Positions 1-13,707 of a DNA stretch of 64,000 nucleotides are shown piece after piece. The stretch covers positions 14,446,001-14,510,000 of the forward strand of contig CM097885.1 in assembly GCA_044892525.1 (NCBI GenBank). Reading direction: 5' to 3'. Each line of letters begins with the position of its first letter. The first letter of the stretch is position 1. The stretch comes from Schmidtea polychroa (Eukaryota). The notes under the pieces are model-generated. The model did no database searches. It saw only the letters and a program-made list of their open reading frames with translations, and was not told the DNA's origin. Made by a program: the position numbers and the translations under genes.

Positions 1-271
1 ACTATGTGTCTTCCCTTTTATAACCTACTAAATTTGCGGTACTTGTGTTGGGGTTTGACTCGTGTAGATTGTGAGTTTATAGAGGCTAGGATAATAAGTA
101 TAATAATAATAATAGGAAAATAATAATAATAATTACTAAAAACAGTATATGTACAAAAATAGTAATAGTTTATAACTTTAAATAAATTATAAATAAAAAT
201 AGCATTAAGTTATTACTTAAAATAAATCATAGATAAAAATAGTAATTTATAAATATATATATATATATATA

Positions 272-3200
272 CAGTGGTGATATTCGAATTTTTTAACAAC
301 CGGGACGCATGGAAAAAAATCTATTGTAGGTTATATTTACTTCATAATAGTTATTTATTTACATATTTACATAAGAAATACATATATTTTATATAATAGT
401 ATAAAAAATAGTATATAAAATTAATTAAATAATTTCCAAATTAAATTTTGGTTTTGGGACGGCAAATTAGGTGCGGCTGCTTTGACACGTTTATCACTTG
501 CCATATGATGCCCTTCTCGCAACCATAATTTAACATATGGTGTTGCATCAAAATCCTCAATCGATTTTCCCATTAAATTTATTGTCATTAAATGACTTGT
601 TGTTTCAATTAACAACGAATTTCTCTTATCATAAATGATATTGTTCATTGTGCTGAGTCCTCTTTCAGCTTCTGCGGAATTAACAGCAATTACATTTAAA
701 ATTCTTTTTGCTCTCAAAATAGTATTAATATTTTTAGATTCTTTATCTCGCACATCAACAAAATCTCGAAAATCATTTACTGGAATGATGTATTTGATTA
801 TTTTATTTAACTGCTCTAACCTATTTTCACCTTCAATCCATGGTGCTTCAAAAATATCACCCGGCCATGTTTCTGGATTTAATAAATTAAAGCAATTTAA
901 GAGATTATTATAGTTTTCATTTTTATCGTCTAATAGCAAACGCGTTTTCATATGTTTTTCTAAACAATCAAAAAATTTATCTCTCGAAACAACAATTGAT
1001 GTTTTTTTTCTATTAATTTCAAATGGAATATTGTATATTTTCGTTTTAATAATATCATCTGCTTCTTTTTCATATGTTCCTTTATTTAATTTTAAATGTT
1101 GGAATAGATTTTTCGTTCGCCTTATCAATCTATCAGCTCTAATTAATGAAATATCTCTTTCTTGTAAAGCTGTAGACAGTACAGAAATTTCTTCTAATAT
1201 GTCGTTTATTAAACCTAAATCTTTTAAAAAGTTTTCATTTTTGAAATATGACATTATTCCAATTTCTTTATTTTGACTAAAGTGAATATATAAGGCCTGA
1301 TATGATTTCCAAACTGCTTTGGCGGTCCTAGCGCTACAGGCTGCCCATCGAGGACCAAATATTCGACCTCTTTTGTGTACTTCAGTGCCAAGTTCTTTAG
1401 AAACATTATTTAATTCTCGTTGATGTTTATTTGAAGTATGATAATACGAATAAAGTTTATCGAGAAAATATCTAAAGTTATTTACTTCATTTACTTCTTT
1501 GATAACATCATCTAGAGTTAACTGAATACGATGAGCTAAACAGTGACAGATGCTAATACCTGGAAAATGTTCTAAAATTCTTGCAGAAACTCCAGCCTTT
1601 TTTCCTAACATTACACTAGCACCGTCTGAGCAAAATCCAATAAGATTTTCATGTAAATATTTTTCATTAAAACCATGTTTTTCAAGAACTGATATTAAGG
1701 TTTTAAAAATTATTTCTGATGTTGTTCCTTCTAATTCGACAAGATCAATAAAAACTGTTACACTATCATCGGAATCTTGAATTTCAGATTTCAAATAAAC
1801 TACTAAAACGCTTTTGTGTGAAACAGTTGAGGCTTCATCAATAATAATTGAAATTTTACAACCTGTATTTATCAGTTTTCCAAAAATAATTCTTCTTATT
1901 TCTGTAGATATAAGCTTTGCGACAAGTCGAACTATAAATCTGGAATGTAATGAAAATCCAAAATCTACATTATTTTTTTTCTGTAAATCAATTAATTTTT
2001 TAAAATCACTGAATGGGTAATTATTTTGAATTATGAAATAGATAGTATTAAAAATGTTTACTGTGCTGTTTAAATAATTTTCATTAGCCACATCGAAAGA
2101 TTTGGAAATTATATTTGTTTCACCAATTTTAATTATTTCCCCAGCTTTTTTATGTGAAGCTGATTCATTGTGTTCCTTCAATTTTTTTCTCATTGATGAT
2201 TGTAAATTTTTTTTGTTCAAGCCATGAGCTTTGACAGAACATGATTTCCACTCCACAGAAATGTGTAAATGTTTAGCAGTTTCTAAATTTAACGATTCTA
2301 CTTTCGAACGCCACTGACATCCCACATTTTCATCGCTAACAACAATAAGCCACTCGTATTTAGTTTTAAAATAATTTAGTTGTTTATCATTCCAAAAATG
2401 TAATAACGCAGCATCACGAGACGTTCCAGCTTTTTCCGATTGGTGTTGAACTTCAGAAGTATCATTTTTTTTCATTTACCTGTTTTGTTTGATTAGAATT
2501 AGTAATATTCTCAGCTTGCTGTTCAGGGTTTTTGGTTATTTTTATAGATTTGCTAAAAAAGTCATCCAAATTACCTTGCCTTTTCATTCTTAGGTTGAAA
2601 CAAAGAAAATATTTAATAATTAATTAATAATTAATTAGAAATTTAAATCAATTTAAAATCTTCATACTTGCACGTTAAAACTGCATTTAATAGAGATTAA
2701 AAGTAAGGGATAACCATTCACCATAAAAATATTTATACTACTAAACTTTTTATTTAGAGTAAATATATCAAAATAAAAATGTATTCAAAAAGGAAATTCC
2801 CTTTTTATTAAAAGAAAAATATTTTTTTTTACAGAATTTTCCGTTAACCCTTTCAAGCTTAGTGGTTACGCGGTGAAACCACCTATTAAAATGCAACTTT
2901 ACACATGCTCAGTAGGAATTTTTCAATTCCATAAATTTTGTTCTATAATTCAATGCCATCTCTTGGATTGTAGTGGAAATTAAAAGTACTAAAATTCAAA
3001 TTAGAAAGTTTTAAGTAGATTTTTTTTTACTAAAACCGAAAAAAATTTTAAATCCCAAATTTTTATTTTATTGTAAGATTTTTTGTATTTGATCGATAAT
3101 GGCAGGTAAATATTTATATTTTTTTAGTAATTTAGAATGTTTTTATCAATACTTTTACTTTTACATACTTTTACTTAAAAACATACTTTTTTTTTAATAT

Positions 3201-3277
3201 ACAACAACCGGTACGGAAAATTTTAAAAATGTTAACAACCGGTACGAGCGTACCGCCCCGTACCGGCTGAATATCAC

Positions 3278-3282
<5 letters not shown>
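272..3282 (-). mobile_element. hAT DNA transposon (ZNF862/KIAA1586-like), inserted in a (TA)n microsatellite
   Basis: TIRs CAGTGGTGATATTC (272-285) and GAATATCACCACTA (3269-3282; terminal base mismatched). (TA)n on both sides, subterminal ACAACCGG(T/G)AC repeats, and an internal transposase. Confidence 0.92.
421..2587 (-). CDS. hAT transposase with one frameshift near the N-terminus
   Basis: ORF 421-2475 has IIIDEAS (D1), FCSDGASVMLG (D2), CHCLAH (CxxH), GPRW and NSAEAERGLSTM (E, hATC dimerisation domain). An upstream ATG at 2587 (MKRQGNLDDFF...) joins if one base is removed from the A8 run at 2465-2472. Confidence 0.88.
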
Positions 3283-3308
<26 letters not shown>

Positions 3309-3311
<3 letters not shown>

Positions 3312-4197
3312 ATGTATAATTACTAAAGTTGGTGATTATAATTATTAATTTAATATAAATAGTTAAATTATTTTAAAGCAAGGGGACAATTAATTGCTAG
3401 CTGAAAAATCAGTATTGATTAAAGCAGCATTAGTGGAGCTTAGAAAGCAATCAACAATAATCAGTAACAGCTGTTTAGTTCAGAAAACAATTAGTGAGGT
3501 TCGTGAAATCAACGACAACAACTGTGGAATAAAGATTATCCAGGAAAACTCGGGAGATTAAGAACAACTGTTACCAAAAGAATTTGTTATTTAAACGAGA
3601 GAATTTTTACAGAGTAGACAGTTCAATTTTTGATCAAGCATTTCTGCTTAGACAAAAATTATCAGAAAAGAAATTAAAAGCTATATAAGCTTTATTACGA
3701 AGTTCAATGAAATTCTTAACCATAAGGTTATTTGGATTTTATTTATTAAACCTATAAACTCAGCTGCACAACCCGACCGCGAGAAGCAGCATTTCTGCCT
3801 GACTTACTCGTCGGATATAAAACTTAAAGAGGGTAATACTTAGGTAACGGTAGATCGAACTTGGTCTACACGATCGCGCAAAATTCAGGAATTCCCTCAT
3901 CTTGTCCCATTCTTTTATACAGCGCTGTGAGGCATTAGTTCCAGCGTTTGTGCTTTATCTGAGGACGGTTCGAATAACCGATTTCTTTGCTTAGAGTTGA
4001 GCGGCATTTTTGGGAAAACATTTATTTACTTTTGTATAATTGTGCATAGCTAATAAAGTTTCTTTATATACATTCACGTCTTATTTAATTCATATTAAAT
4101 TATTTATAATTACACGCATATATTTTGTATTGATATCTTTGGAGTCAGATATAATCTGTGTTAGGACAAATCAAATCCACCTCATCAGAACCTAACA
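3309..4197 (+). mobile_element. Probable 3' part of an LTR (solo or 3' LTR) interrupted by the hAT
   Basis: Ends ...CCTAACA at 4197 with an internal TGTTAGG (4159-4165), as at the end of the Gypsy LTR at 52751-52787. AATAAA upstream; no PBS follows. Confidence 0.4.
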
Positions 4198-6519
4198 TTT
4201 GAGATAATTTTGTTTTCCAATTTTTTTCTTCTCTGTATTCCCCACTATTTCAGCCTTATTTCTGACAGATGTCGAGATACGCCCTGTTTTCCCTTTTTTG
4301 TGCTTCGCCGACTTTTACTGCCATTTCGATATCTTTGACAAGCTGTCAAGATACAGCTTTTCCCGTGTTTTTGCTTTTCTGGAATTTGAAATTCCTCCTT
4401 CGTTTGCACCTCTTAATTAACAATGACATTTGTTTAAATTTCTTGTCTGTTTTTTTATTTGTCTTTCTCATTTTTCATTTTTTTACTTTCATTTTCTTTT
4501 CCGAGTTCCCATAGATTGTCCTGTTTGTCATGACGATCTTCCCCCAGGTTATTTACTTATTATATTATATGCTATTTAGGTATCCTCTAAAATATTGTAA
4601 GGTTTGAAAAACATTTAAGTTTGGACACCATTTAAAGGTTATTTACCAACCATAAACCTTCGAGAGTACATCTCACAAATACACCTTCATGTACATCTCA
4701 CAAATACTTTTCGACTAATTTTTATATTATAAGGTTTAAAAAATTCGAAGGTTTCGGACCCTTTGAAGGTCCAGGACTCACCATAAACCTTTGAGGGTAT
4801 GAACATCATACTCACCTCTCAAATACCTTTCGAATGAGGTATGGACTATCATTTTTGGACAGAGGGAGTATTATTTTTTATATAAAAATTTTGATTATAT
4901 GGTTCAATAAAATACATTGCCGGGAACTCTGAAAATTTAAATTTTAAAATTTGAGCATGACTCATCGGATTACCATTTTCGAGAATTTCAAAATCCGTGT
5001 CACCACTTGACCAGGACTCCACTGGACCAGTACTCCGCTAGACCACTTAATAATGTTTTTATAATAATAATTTATTGATGAGTCATCGGGTGAGTCATGG
5101 TTTTTGTTTCAATTACCTTGATGAGTCATTGGAAGAGTCATTGTCTTTGTTTAAAATTTGACTTTGAATTTTTTTTCTAATTTTTTCTACCGGGGAAGGG
5201 AGGGGTATGTGTTCCAGCGTTACCCAATCCATCTACTTATATTAAATACTCGTTGACCTAAATACAAAATACTAGGAATTTTAGGGAAAAAGAAAAAATC
5301 CTCAGCAAGGGGTGGGAAGTTGTCCCATGGTTTGGCTTGCCCATATTCCCCTACTATTGACAATGAGATGAATCCGGAATTGACAATAGACTTCCTTTAG
5401 TTGAAATAAAAACTTGTAAGCTAAAAGTCACCAACATATATGGTAAAGGAGGACAATAAAATACTAAAGTCCTATATCTGTGGGGTTGTGGCAATTGACC
5501 TAAATTTTTCGCTATGGTTGGTAATACATTTCAAATATCTAGATCATCGTTATAACCCTAACATTAATATGGACAACTTCAATCAAAACACGATTTAACC
5601 GAACTACACCGGTTACAAGTGATGTTTGAAATGCTCAACTTAGGTGGAATCCAAAATGAAAGTGTAGAACTTCTCGGGTCTGCAAAGCTATGAGTTCCTT
5701 GAATTTAAGCAACATTAATGTAATCGCTTAGAATGTCCCCAACGAGACTTTGGACAACTTCCCATCTATGCCCTTTGCCAATTACTAATGTTGCAATTAT
5801 CACCTCTTTCCTGAGTATTTAATATATAATTATATATTATACAGGGTTTTCCTAAATTTTTCATCATCTTTATCAAAATGTTTAATCATTAAATTAAATA
5901 ATTTTGTCATGAGATCAAAATTTTACAAGACCAATATTTGGGTCACAAAAGATTATAGCTATCGTAATAAAAAACATAATTTTTTAAAATGAAAAATATA
6001 AAATAATATTTTTTAAATGTAAAATTAAACTAAAAGTAGAAATTATAAATAATTATAAATATGTATTATAAATGTACTATAAATAAACTTTTCAGCTTTA
6101 TTTCATGCCATTTAGAGTAACAGCACAACTCATCACACGCTCAAAACGAGCGGTATTTAATTATATGCTTCAATTTGATGAAAACAACAATTTGTTTATT
6201 GAAATAAGTCCAATAAAATTTAATATTATAAGATTAGAATTTACTTATTGCAATGTTTTTGCTATTTTTCTGTAATTTTTTTTAACAAAATTTTTAACAG
6301 ATTCCGATCTATCTTCATACATATCTTCATAAACTAAAAGGTGACCCGAAAAAAGCACACCGGCATAAGTAAGCAGCGTAATTATCGTTTGAATTAAGAT
6401 TAGATGTGACAACAGCTTAGACGTGAATACCTAAATTACTTGGCTTGACATATTAAACCCGATTGAAAGATTACAAGATTACGTAATTAAGTTGTCGTCT
6501 GAAGCAATAAATTCTTATA

Positions 6520-6968
6520 AATAATTCTGCTAACCCTCAGCTTATGAGGCAGCTTTTGAATATTTGTCCGATAACTGTCCTCCAAAAGTGAACCTCATTA
6601 CAGATTATTAGGAAGGCACATACGTCGGAAGACAACGAAGACGCAATGGAAAAAATCCGAGGGCTGTGCTTGGTCTTTGGAACATGGACGATTGTGTGAA
6701 TAAAAATCTGGCCCATATGAATAATTCACCAGAGGCTTGACATGGGTCATTTCAGCAGATGATCGATTCACAACATTCATCGATCTACAAACTGGTCGAT
6801 CATTTCCGGAAGAAGCCGGATCAAATGGAGTTATTACTCCAACATTATCAATACGGTTTCAGAAATCCAAATGCGCTCCAATCCAAACACGTTCAACTTA
6901 ATCGACACTTACAATCTCTACATCCAATTCACGAAACAGTACGCGAATTTACGCAGTATCGCAAATAG
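6520..6968 (+). pseudogene. MULE (Mutator-like) transposase C-terminal remnant
   Basis: Conceptual translation FEYLSDN...TDY*EGTYVG...LWN...HMNNSPEA*HGSFQQMIDSQHSSIYKLVDHF resembles the MULE YFE.TYIG / LWN / TNN.VEGWH / HP.IWKF block, with stops. Confidence 0.65.
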
Positions 6969-9298
6969 CGTTAAAACTTTTCAAAGATATACTTTTCTTT
7001 TGTTTTATTTGATAAAATTTGAATGAATTAATTTTATTATTTTCTTAATCTAACTTTATTTTTACGCGCTTGTGTTGGTGCGTTTATATCAGGGTGCCAA
7101 GCTAAAGAATCTTTGCCTAAAGCAAAAATGGAATCAAATTTTATTTCAAAAAATTTTCCTTGTTTAACTAAATTTTAAGCTTAATACAAAACAGAAAATT
7201 GTTAGTCTTCGTTGGTTGTCGCTGGTTTATCAAATCGATAACTATTCTATAACTACTACTCTTCGTTTTATTCAAAAACAATAACGAATTCTAAATAAAA
7301 TAACATTATTGAATACCACAAATGGTTATACCGATTACAAGTACTCAATGCAACTCAAAAGTATTCGGGCGCTTATTACAACCCTTCGGAAGGAATAGCA
7401 CTTCAGGAACACTTTAATTATACGTTCTCTTAACTGGTGTTAGTGGCTGACACCTCGCACAATTAATCCGGTTGCTTTCCGGTCTAGACTAAGGACTTTT
7501 ACAATTTGTACTTGTTACCTCGATTATCATTGGTTTATTGATTTAACGATTATATTCCTTTTTCTATTTTAGTTTCTTTTTAACTTTTATTGATTACTGT
7601 TTTGATTTCACTTTTTCTCTCTTCAAATTCTCAATATTCCGTATCCTCTCTACTACTTCTCCAAATACATTTTTTTTTGTCTTTTGGAATTAGTAACTTT
7701 CTTCTAAACCTTTTAATTTCTGGACACTTATAGTTAATTATCTTGCTTTCAAGCATATCACCTGTTCAAGGCATTTATTTATTATATCATGTAACTATTA
7801 AGTCAAGGACTTTCCATTCCCAAATTATTTTTTTCTTCAGTTTCATTTGTACTTATTAATTAAAAACGACCTCATCACGTTTCGTTATTCGAATTTTGCT
7901 ATATCTTTTTTGTTTTCCACTTTCTTCGCTTCATTCACCCCCCCCCCCCAATTTATTGTGGCCTTTTCCCTCTTACCATTCCTTTTCATTTTGAAACATT
8001 ATTTATATTTTGTTATTCAGGTATCCTCAGCAAAATTAATATAATATTGAGCGAAAATAAATTTTAACAAATCTAGAAAAAATTTGCAATTTTTTATATT
8101 TAATATCTGACTCAAGAGACCAAAAATTTTAATAATAATTTATATTTTAAAAATAATTTTTAAATTTCATCGATGATCGAATGAAATATATTTAAAATTC
8201 TATGATAAAAAAGAAACTCAAGACAAATGATGTTATATTTGAGTACTTGTATAATTTAAATTTCGTTCCAAGTTCTTCTAGGAAATCAGCTTGAACAGGA
8301 AACCTCGAACTACAACCGAAATAAATAAAAAAAACATCAAAAGAAACTTACGGTAAATTTATTGGACCTCTAATTTGTCTTTATCAAACTTAACATTTCT
8401 GGAATCATTTGGTTGTATGAGTTTAAAAATTTAGCTGCTAAGAATTCAAAAGAGTTCTTCAAACAAGGTTTCCGTACTTTCACTCTATGAATGGGGCTAT
8501 CTAGATTTATACTGCAAATCAAAATGTATTCATAAATTTATAGAAAAATTACAATTTGTGAAATACCTTCGGTTATTATATTAATAAACACTTTTAGTTT
8601 TTATTAAATTAAATAATAATCAATCAAATTCTAATTATTGATATTATTGATTATTTAATTTAATAAAAAGTTTAAGATGTTTATTTTTTTAAGTTGTGAT
8701 TTTAAGTAAATTTATCAAATAATAACTTTATTTAAATCGAAAAAAATACAATTACACTTTAAGATTCATCAAACCGCAAGTAATACCTAAATGTCAATAA
8801 TTAAGAGTCTAAATGACAAAAAATAAAAGCTTCAATAATATAAAAATATAACCTAAAATAAATATGTGTAACAATAACAAAATGACAATAAGTAAGAATC
8901 CTCAAAATAGAAAAATTTATTGAGAGAAAAAAATCCTTGCACAGATGCACGATGCACAAAATTTCTATAGTAAAAGAGATACAGTTAGACAATAATTAAG
9001 AACCCTAGACATTAAGTAAGAACCTCGTTTTAAATAAAAAAAAGAAATTTCGAGTGTTTTCTAACAGATTTTTGATGTTTCCACGTTACCAATTATTTCA
9101 TATGATCAAATATGTAAAGTATTTTTAGTTAATTAATTTTTTGTTAGAATTTGCAACGAAGAAAAATTATAACATAAAATTCGAAAAATTAAAAACACAT
9201 TTAAAACAAATTTTTAACAATTCTCAATAATCATAGTAAATTTTGTTTTCTTTTTTGTAATTTTTTTAATACTTAAAATAAAAATATTTGATTATTAA

Positions 9299-9532
9299 CC
9301 CTTTGCGATCCGTGAAAAAAGTTACCCACCAGGTCCACAATTGTTTTAATGATTTTTTTTATATATGATTTTCTTGAACTAAGCTGGTTAAAACCCAACA
9401 TAAATAACCTACATTCTACACATATATTTGTTCTTAATTCGAAATGCAAAAAAATACATACAACGAAATCTAAAACTTCAAATGAGCAATTATTGGAATG
9501 TCGAGTTAGACTCGACATAGGACCGCAAAGGG
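9299..9532. mobile_element. piggyBac-type MITE (234 bp)
   Basis: TTAA on both sides (9295-9298, 9533-9536). TIR CCCTTTGCGATCC / CCCTTTGCGGTCC, 12/13 match. Confidence 0.85.
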
Positions 9533-10375
9533 TTAATGCGTTATTCAGTTTTATATGTTAGACACCATCAAGTTCTATAGGCGATATTCCAGTCATATAC
9601 GATGTAACACCATAGGTTTTAATCAAAGCGAAGGCAGTCATGCGCAGTTGATGATATGTATAAATTTGTATTACATTTTTAAAGTTCTTATTTTTCATTA
9701 TTGTCATACACGTGACTGACATAGTCACTGGGAAAAATAACTTTCTAGGTTATAGCAGTCATATACGAGTGACATAAAAATCCTACTTTGCCCAAGACCT
9801 AAATGATAAAATGACATATAAGAGGTAGTTAGATACTTGTTTCTACTTTATTAATCAAATTAATTAATAATTCAACTTTGGCCAAGAGCTAGTCCTAACT
9901 CGGACTCTCTCAGCAATTAATGTGTCAATATTCAATTTTTCTAATTTTATTCATTTCATCGATCTTAACAATGTTATTTTAAGGGAAAATTAAGGGAAAT
10001 TCTACCTAAAATAAAATGTATAAACCTACCAGGATGAATTCAAATTTGATTTCAGTATTCAATTGGGTCAACTTATTGGTTTGTTTGACAAAAGTAGACG
10101 TTTTTTGATTGGTTGCACACATTAGAAAACAAATTGTCTATGTTTGTATGTATGTGTTTGTATGTGTACTGGTAAAAGTTTCGCTCACCAATCAGTCATC
10201 AAGTTTTTTGTAATGTCGAATAATTTAATTTTTCGAAATGTCGTAATAGTTTAGTTATTTTAATCGTTACGTTGAAAAAATAATTTAATTACACATTACC
10301 AATTTATGTATAAATCTTATTCTTTATTTTGAAAATGAGTTCGATTTTTTCTATTTGTCCAATTCATTTGTACGA

Positions 10376-13300
10376 TTAGAAATCGCCGTAGTTGTTTATA
10401 TTTCGTTTGTTTAAATTCCCCATTAGTCCTAATTCGAATGGATGAAATTCAATTGGTATTCTATTCAAATTATTAATATTATTATTTTTCAATAACGACT
10501 CGGTGCTTGAGCTGCGAAAATTTTGATAAGGGATTTGAAGTAAGTTCAGATTTAGTGAAACATCATCTTTGAGTTTACCATTTTTTTCAGTTTCGTCTTT
10601 CGCTGTCATGTATGATGTGTTTTTAACTGTCATAATTGATGGCACAGAGCATTTCTTCTGTGATTCTTGATCAAAGCATTCCGGCGTATTTGCAATATCC
10701 AAATCGGTTGATTTGGGAGAGTTCAATTTATCAGAAAATCTAGAATTTCCTTTACCATTTGTTTCAAAAGTCTTTTCTAACTTGTTTGTGCTTGAATCAT
10801 TTTTGGCAAAAACTGGAGTGGTATTCATTAAATCATTAAAATTTAGGCTTGTTACTGACACCGAAAACGGATGATCTAGAACACTATTATTACTTAATGA
10901 ATATTTATGAAATGAATTCGAAGGGTTTTTGTCTTTAGGTTCATTTGACAAGGATGGTTTATGTGACAAATCATTATTACTAGTTCGATTCTTAAATACA
11001 CTTTGGTTATGGAAGGATGGTGCTAAATTTAAGTTGCCTAATGCGTTATTATCTCTAGATTCTCGTTTCATAGTTGAATAATGTAGTAATTTGTCAAATA
11101 TTTTATCAACTCTGGATGTATCGATCGATTTTATTACGTTTTTATTATCGTCCTGTACATTTGCTGATTCGTATTTCTGCGTAGATTTTGAAACCATTTG
11201 ATCTTGCTTATTCAGATCGTGATGAGTTTCGTGAAAACTTTGAGGTTGACTAGCTTGTTTCTGACTAGTCATGTTATTTATAGATTCTGAAGTATTAAGC
11301 GACTTTTTTCTGTGCCTGGACTTCTTATGAGTGGAAGATGAATTTAATTTAGGGTCTGCCTCTATTGAATTTGGTTTGTAAATATCCAAATTATTACTTA
11401 CAATTGGATGTTGACTGTCATAAGATTGAGATGGCTTGGAAGGATTTCTATCTTTGACTTGTTCTGGTAAATAAGTTTGACTATTTATAGACGGTATTGG
11501 TTGAACTTTTTGTTTATTTAGTGGAGATTCGTTCATTGTATCAGCTGGCAAATAATATAATTGAGAATCTTTATAAATTTGTGATGATTTTAATGGCATT
11601 TTATCGGTTGATTGAATGTTGGTAGAAGAATGTTTTGATAACTTTTGTGATGAATTCGATTTTGTCAATGGCAATCCAGAGATTCGATCACTTTTTGACG
11701 TTTCCCGGGAAGACTTAGATTTTGTCTTATTAGAAGTTATTTTATAATTTTCTGGTATTGATTGAGAAGATTTACCAGACAGTGCATATATTGGAGATTT
11801 TTCATTCTTTCCTGATGTTGATAATTTTGAAGATCTAGAAGATATTTTATCATTTACTGTGGATTTTTCCAGTTTTCCTGAAGTTGAAGATTTTGAAGAT
11901 CTAGAAGATATTTTAGCATTTACTGGGGATTTTTCCAGTTTTCCTGATGTTGGTAATTTTGAAGATCTAGAAGATATTTTATCATTAACTGGAAATTTTT
12001 CTATTGTTGATGTTTTCGAAGATGTTGGAGACTTTAGGTCTTTTTTATTCAATGAAAGATTTTTAATTAAATTCGCATCATACTTTTGAGATGATGTACC
12101 AGATGCTTCTTGAAAGGATGAAGGTTGAACTTTTTTATTTTTTGATAGCTGTGAATTCCTTGAATATGAGATTTCATTCGATTCAGTAGATGAAGTTAAC
12201 GATTTCCTTATATTTGGATTAGTATCATATCTTTCAGGTGATATCGTGGAATTTTCTTTCATCAATGAATATTTATTAACAGCATTCGGCGAAGGTATTA
12301 ATGTTATTAATTCTTTTGTTTTGTTTGATGACTTTGACGATATTAATAAATTCGGAATTGGGATATTATTTTGAATTGATATTGAAGAATTATCTATAAA
12401 TGAATGTTTACTGCCTTTATCAACTGAAATATCAGAATATTGCGAAGAGACTTTTCCATTTGGATTAAAAACATAATTTTCAGATGGGGTTGTTGAATCA
12501 CTATTAGATTGCTTTTCAGCTTCATTATCAACGAAGTCATCAGAATACGTTATATATTTTTCATCTGACAAGCTCAAAGAATCTCTTAAATTTGGACTAG
12601 GGTCATCGTGATGAGATAAGTTTACGGGACTCTTGTTTCCAGATGAAATATTTGAATATTTTGAAGATGATTTTTGAGCAGTTGTATTTTCATCTATATT
12701 TACAGGTGATTTTGAAGTATGTCCAGATTTTCCATCTATACCAAAACCTTGTAAGTTACCACCTTCAGTATTTTCGGTCGATCCCATTAATCCTTGATAG
12801 TCTTCGTGTAAACTTGAATTTATGGGTTCCATTGAAACAGAATGATTTTCATAATCTATGTTGTATAACTCATTAGAATGAGTTGTCATACTATCAGGTA
12901 AATGATACTTGCCATCAATTTCCGAAGAATCTCCAGGACTGAATTTATTTTTTGGTAAAGTTTCGTTATTTTCATAACTTTTTAACTCATTTCTTTCATA
13001 TTCATTATCTAAAGATACTTTTTTTTCATTTATCTCTAAAGGTTCTTTCTTTGGAGATTCATGAGTTTGTGAAGAAGTTACCAAGAACTTTTCAAAATGC
13101 GATGCATGTAGATCGGACATGGATGTCAGTGAAGGTCTTATTTCCATATTTTTGTTAACATTTCTATTCTCACTAATGACACTACCGTCTAAATTTCTAT
13201 TTTTTTCTATATCTATTACATTTTGATTTTTCGCATAAGAATTAAATCGAGGATTTGACGGATATTTAAGACTACTCAATTCAAAGCTTTTAGATTTCAC

Positions 13301-13707
13301 AATAGAAATAGTTCGTGAGATAGATTGATACAATTCCTTATCTGCTGACGGAGTTTTACTGTTAATAATAGGAAGCCCAAATGATGAGTGCGTGATTGAA
13401 TTATTGTCTATTAATTCTGAATTTTCATCGATAAAAGACTCAAGTACCGTGGAATTTGTAAGACCTTTGGACGTTGAAAAATTTAACGCGACTGCTGGCA
13501 TATCAATGATATTGGTCAGTTTTGATAGATTGATTTTTCTCCTAACGAAATTGATTCGTTCTAATCTATTTCTGGGCCTTGATTCACAATAATGATTAAT
13601 TTTTCGCAACGGAACATAGATTGATGAACCGTAACATGGAAAGTTTTTAACTGGATTTTCTATTTTTCTACGTATTTCACCAACAGGAAGATTTTGTGAG
13701 AAATTAA
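10376..13707 (-). CDS. Very large terminal exon of a Ser/Lys/Asn-rich low-complexity host protein, function unknown
   Basis: About 3.3 kb open frame in very AT-rich DNA. The frame extends upstream of the tracked ORF to an acceptor TTTCATTCAG| at 13707 (phase 1) and ends with TAA at 10376. No domain recognised. Confidence 0.7.
11792..11995 (-). repeat. 66-bp (22-aa) coding tandem repeat, about 3 copies
   Basis: Protein unit VNDKISSRSSKLPTSGKLEKSP repeated; GAAGATCTAGAAGATATTTT recurs with period 66. Confidence 0.9.

Noticed and set aside
2843-2870. Lone piggyBac-like end TTAACCCTTTCAAGC (similar lone ends near 44058 and a Tc1-like end at 44414)
   Set aside because: No partner TIR or TSD found, so no element can be delimited.
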